NCBI GenBank assembly: GCA_038087875.1
Contig: CM075988.1
Span: forward strand, 2,728,001 to 2,792,000
Length of the DNA stretch: 64,000 nt
Reading direction: 5' to 3'
From: Malacoraja senta
Lineage: Eukaryota
Shown here: positions 63,793-64,000 of the stretch, one piece after another
Layout: each line of letters begins with the position of its first letter
How positions within the stretch are numbered: position 1 is the first letter of the stretch
Program-made: the position numbers and the translations under genes
The notes under the pieces: model-generated
Seen by the model: only the letters and a program-made list of their open reading frames with translations
Told to the model about the DNA's origin: nothing
Databases searched by the model: none

Positions 63793-64000
63793 GTTAAATA
63801 AGGAACTGCAGATACTGGAAAATCGAAGGTACACAAAAATGCTGGAGAAACTGAGCGGGTGCAGCAGCATCTATGGAGCGAAGGAAATAGGCAACGTTTC
63901 GGGCCGAAACCCTTCTTCAGACTGATAGGGGGTGGGGAGAAGAAAGGAAAAAAGGAAAAAGGCGGAGGAGGAGCCCGAGGGCTGGGGGAGGGGAGGAGAC
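63793..64000 (-). mobile_element. Penelope-like element 3' terminus (continues beyond the window)
   Basis: Nearly identical to 32631-32840, including the hammerhead motif. Confidence 0.85.

Overview
Eukaryotic (vertebrate) intergenic or intronic DNA made almost entirely of nested transposable elements. The repeat set (HE1/V-SINE-like tRNA-derived SINEs, CR1 with an esterase ORF1, Rex1, Penelope, DIRS1) suggests a cartilaginous fish such as a skate or ray; this is an inference. No host protein-coding exon, rRNA, true tRNA or CRISPR array could be supported. Main contents: (1) a deleted class I endogenous retrovirus (minus, ~3318-12450) whose pol carries a 2H-phosphoesterase-like domain (two HxT motifs) between protease and RT; (2) four DIRS1-type tyrosine-recombinase retrotransposons (gag, RT/RNase H, N6-adenine MTase-like, YR; ITR+ICR ends); (3) Penelope-like elements with GIY-YIG endonuclease and minimal hammerhead-ribozyme motifs, one with a 467-bp inverted arm; (4) CR1, L1/Tx1, Rex1 and RTE LINE pieces, several with readable target-site duplications; (5) a non-autonomous Helitron, Harbinger-like MITEs, and a TAG...CTA DNA transposon whose coding remnant resembles a Spin/Ssty Tudor-like domain; (6) microsatellites and a 200-N assembly gap. 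All family assignments come from motif recognition by eye; no database search was run.
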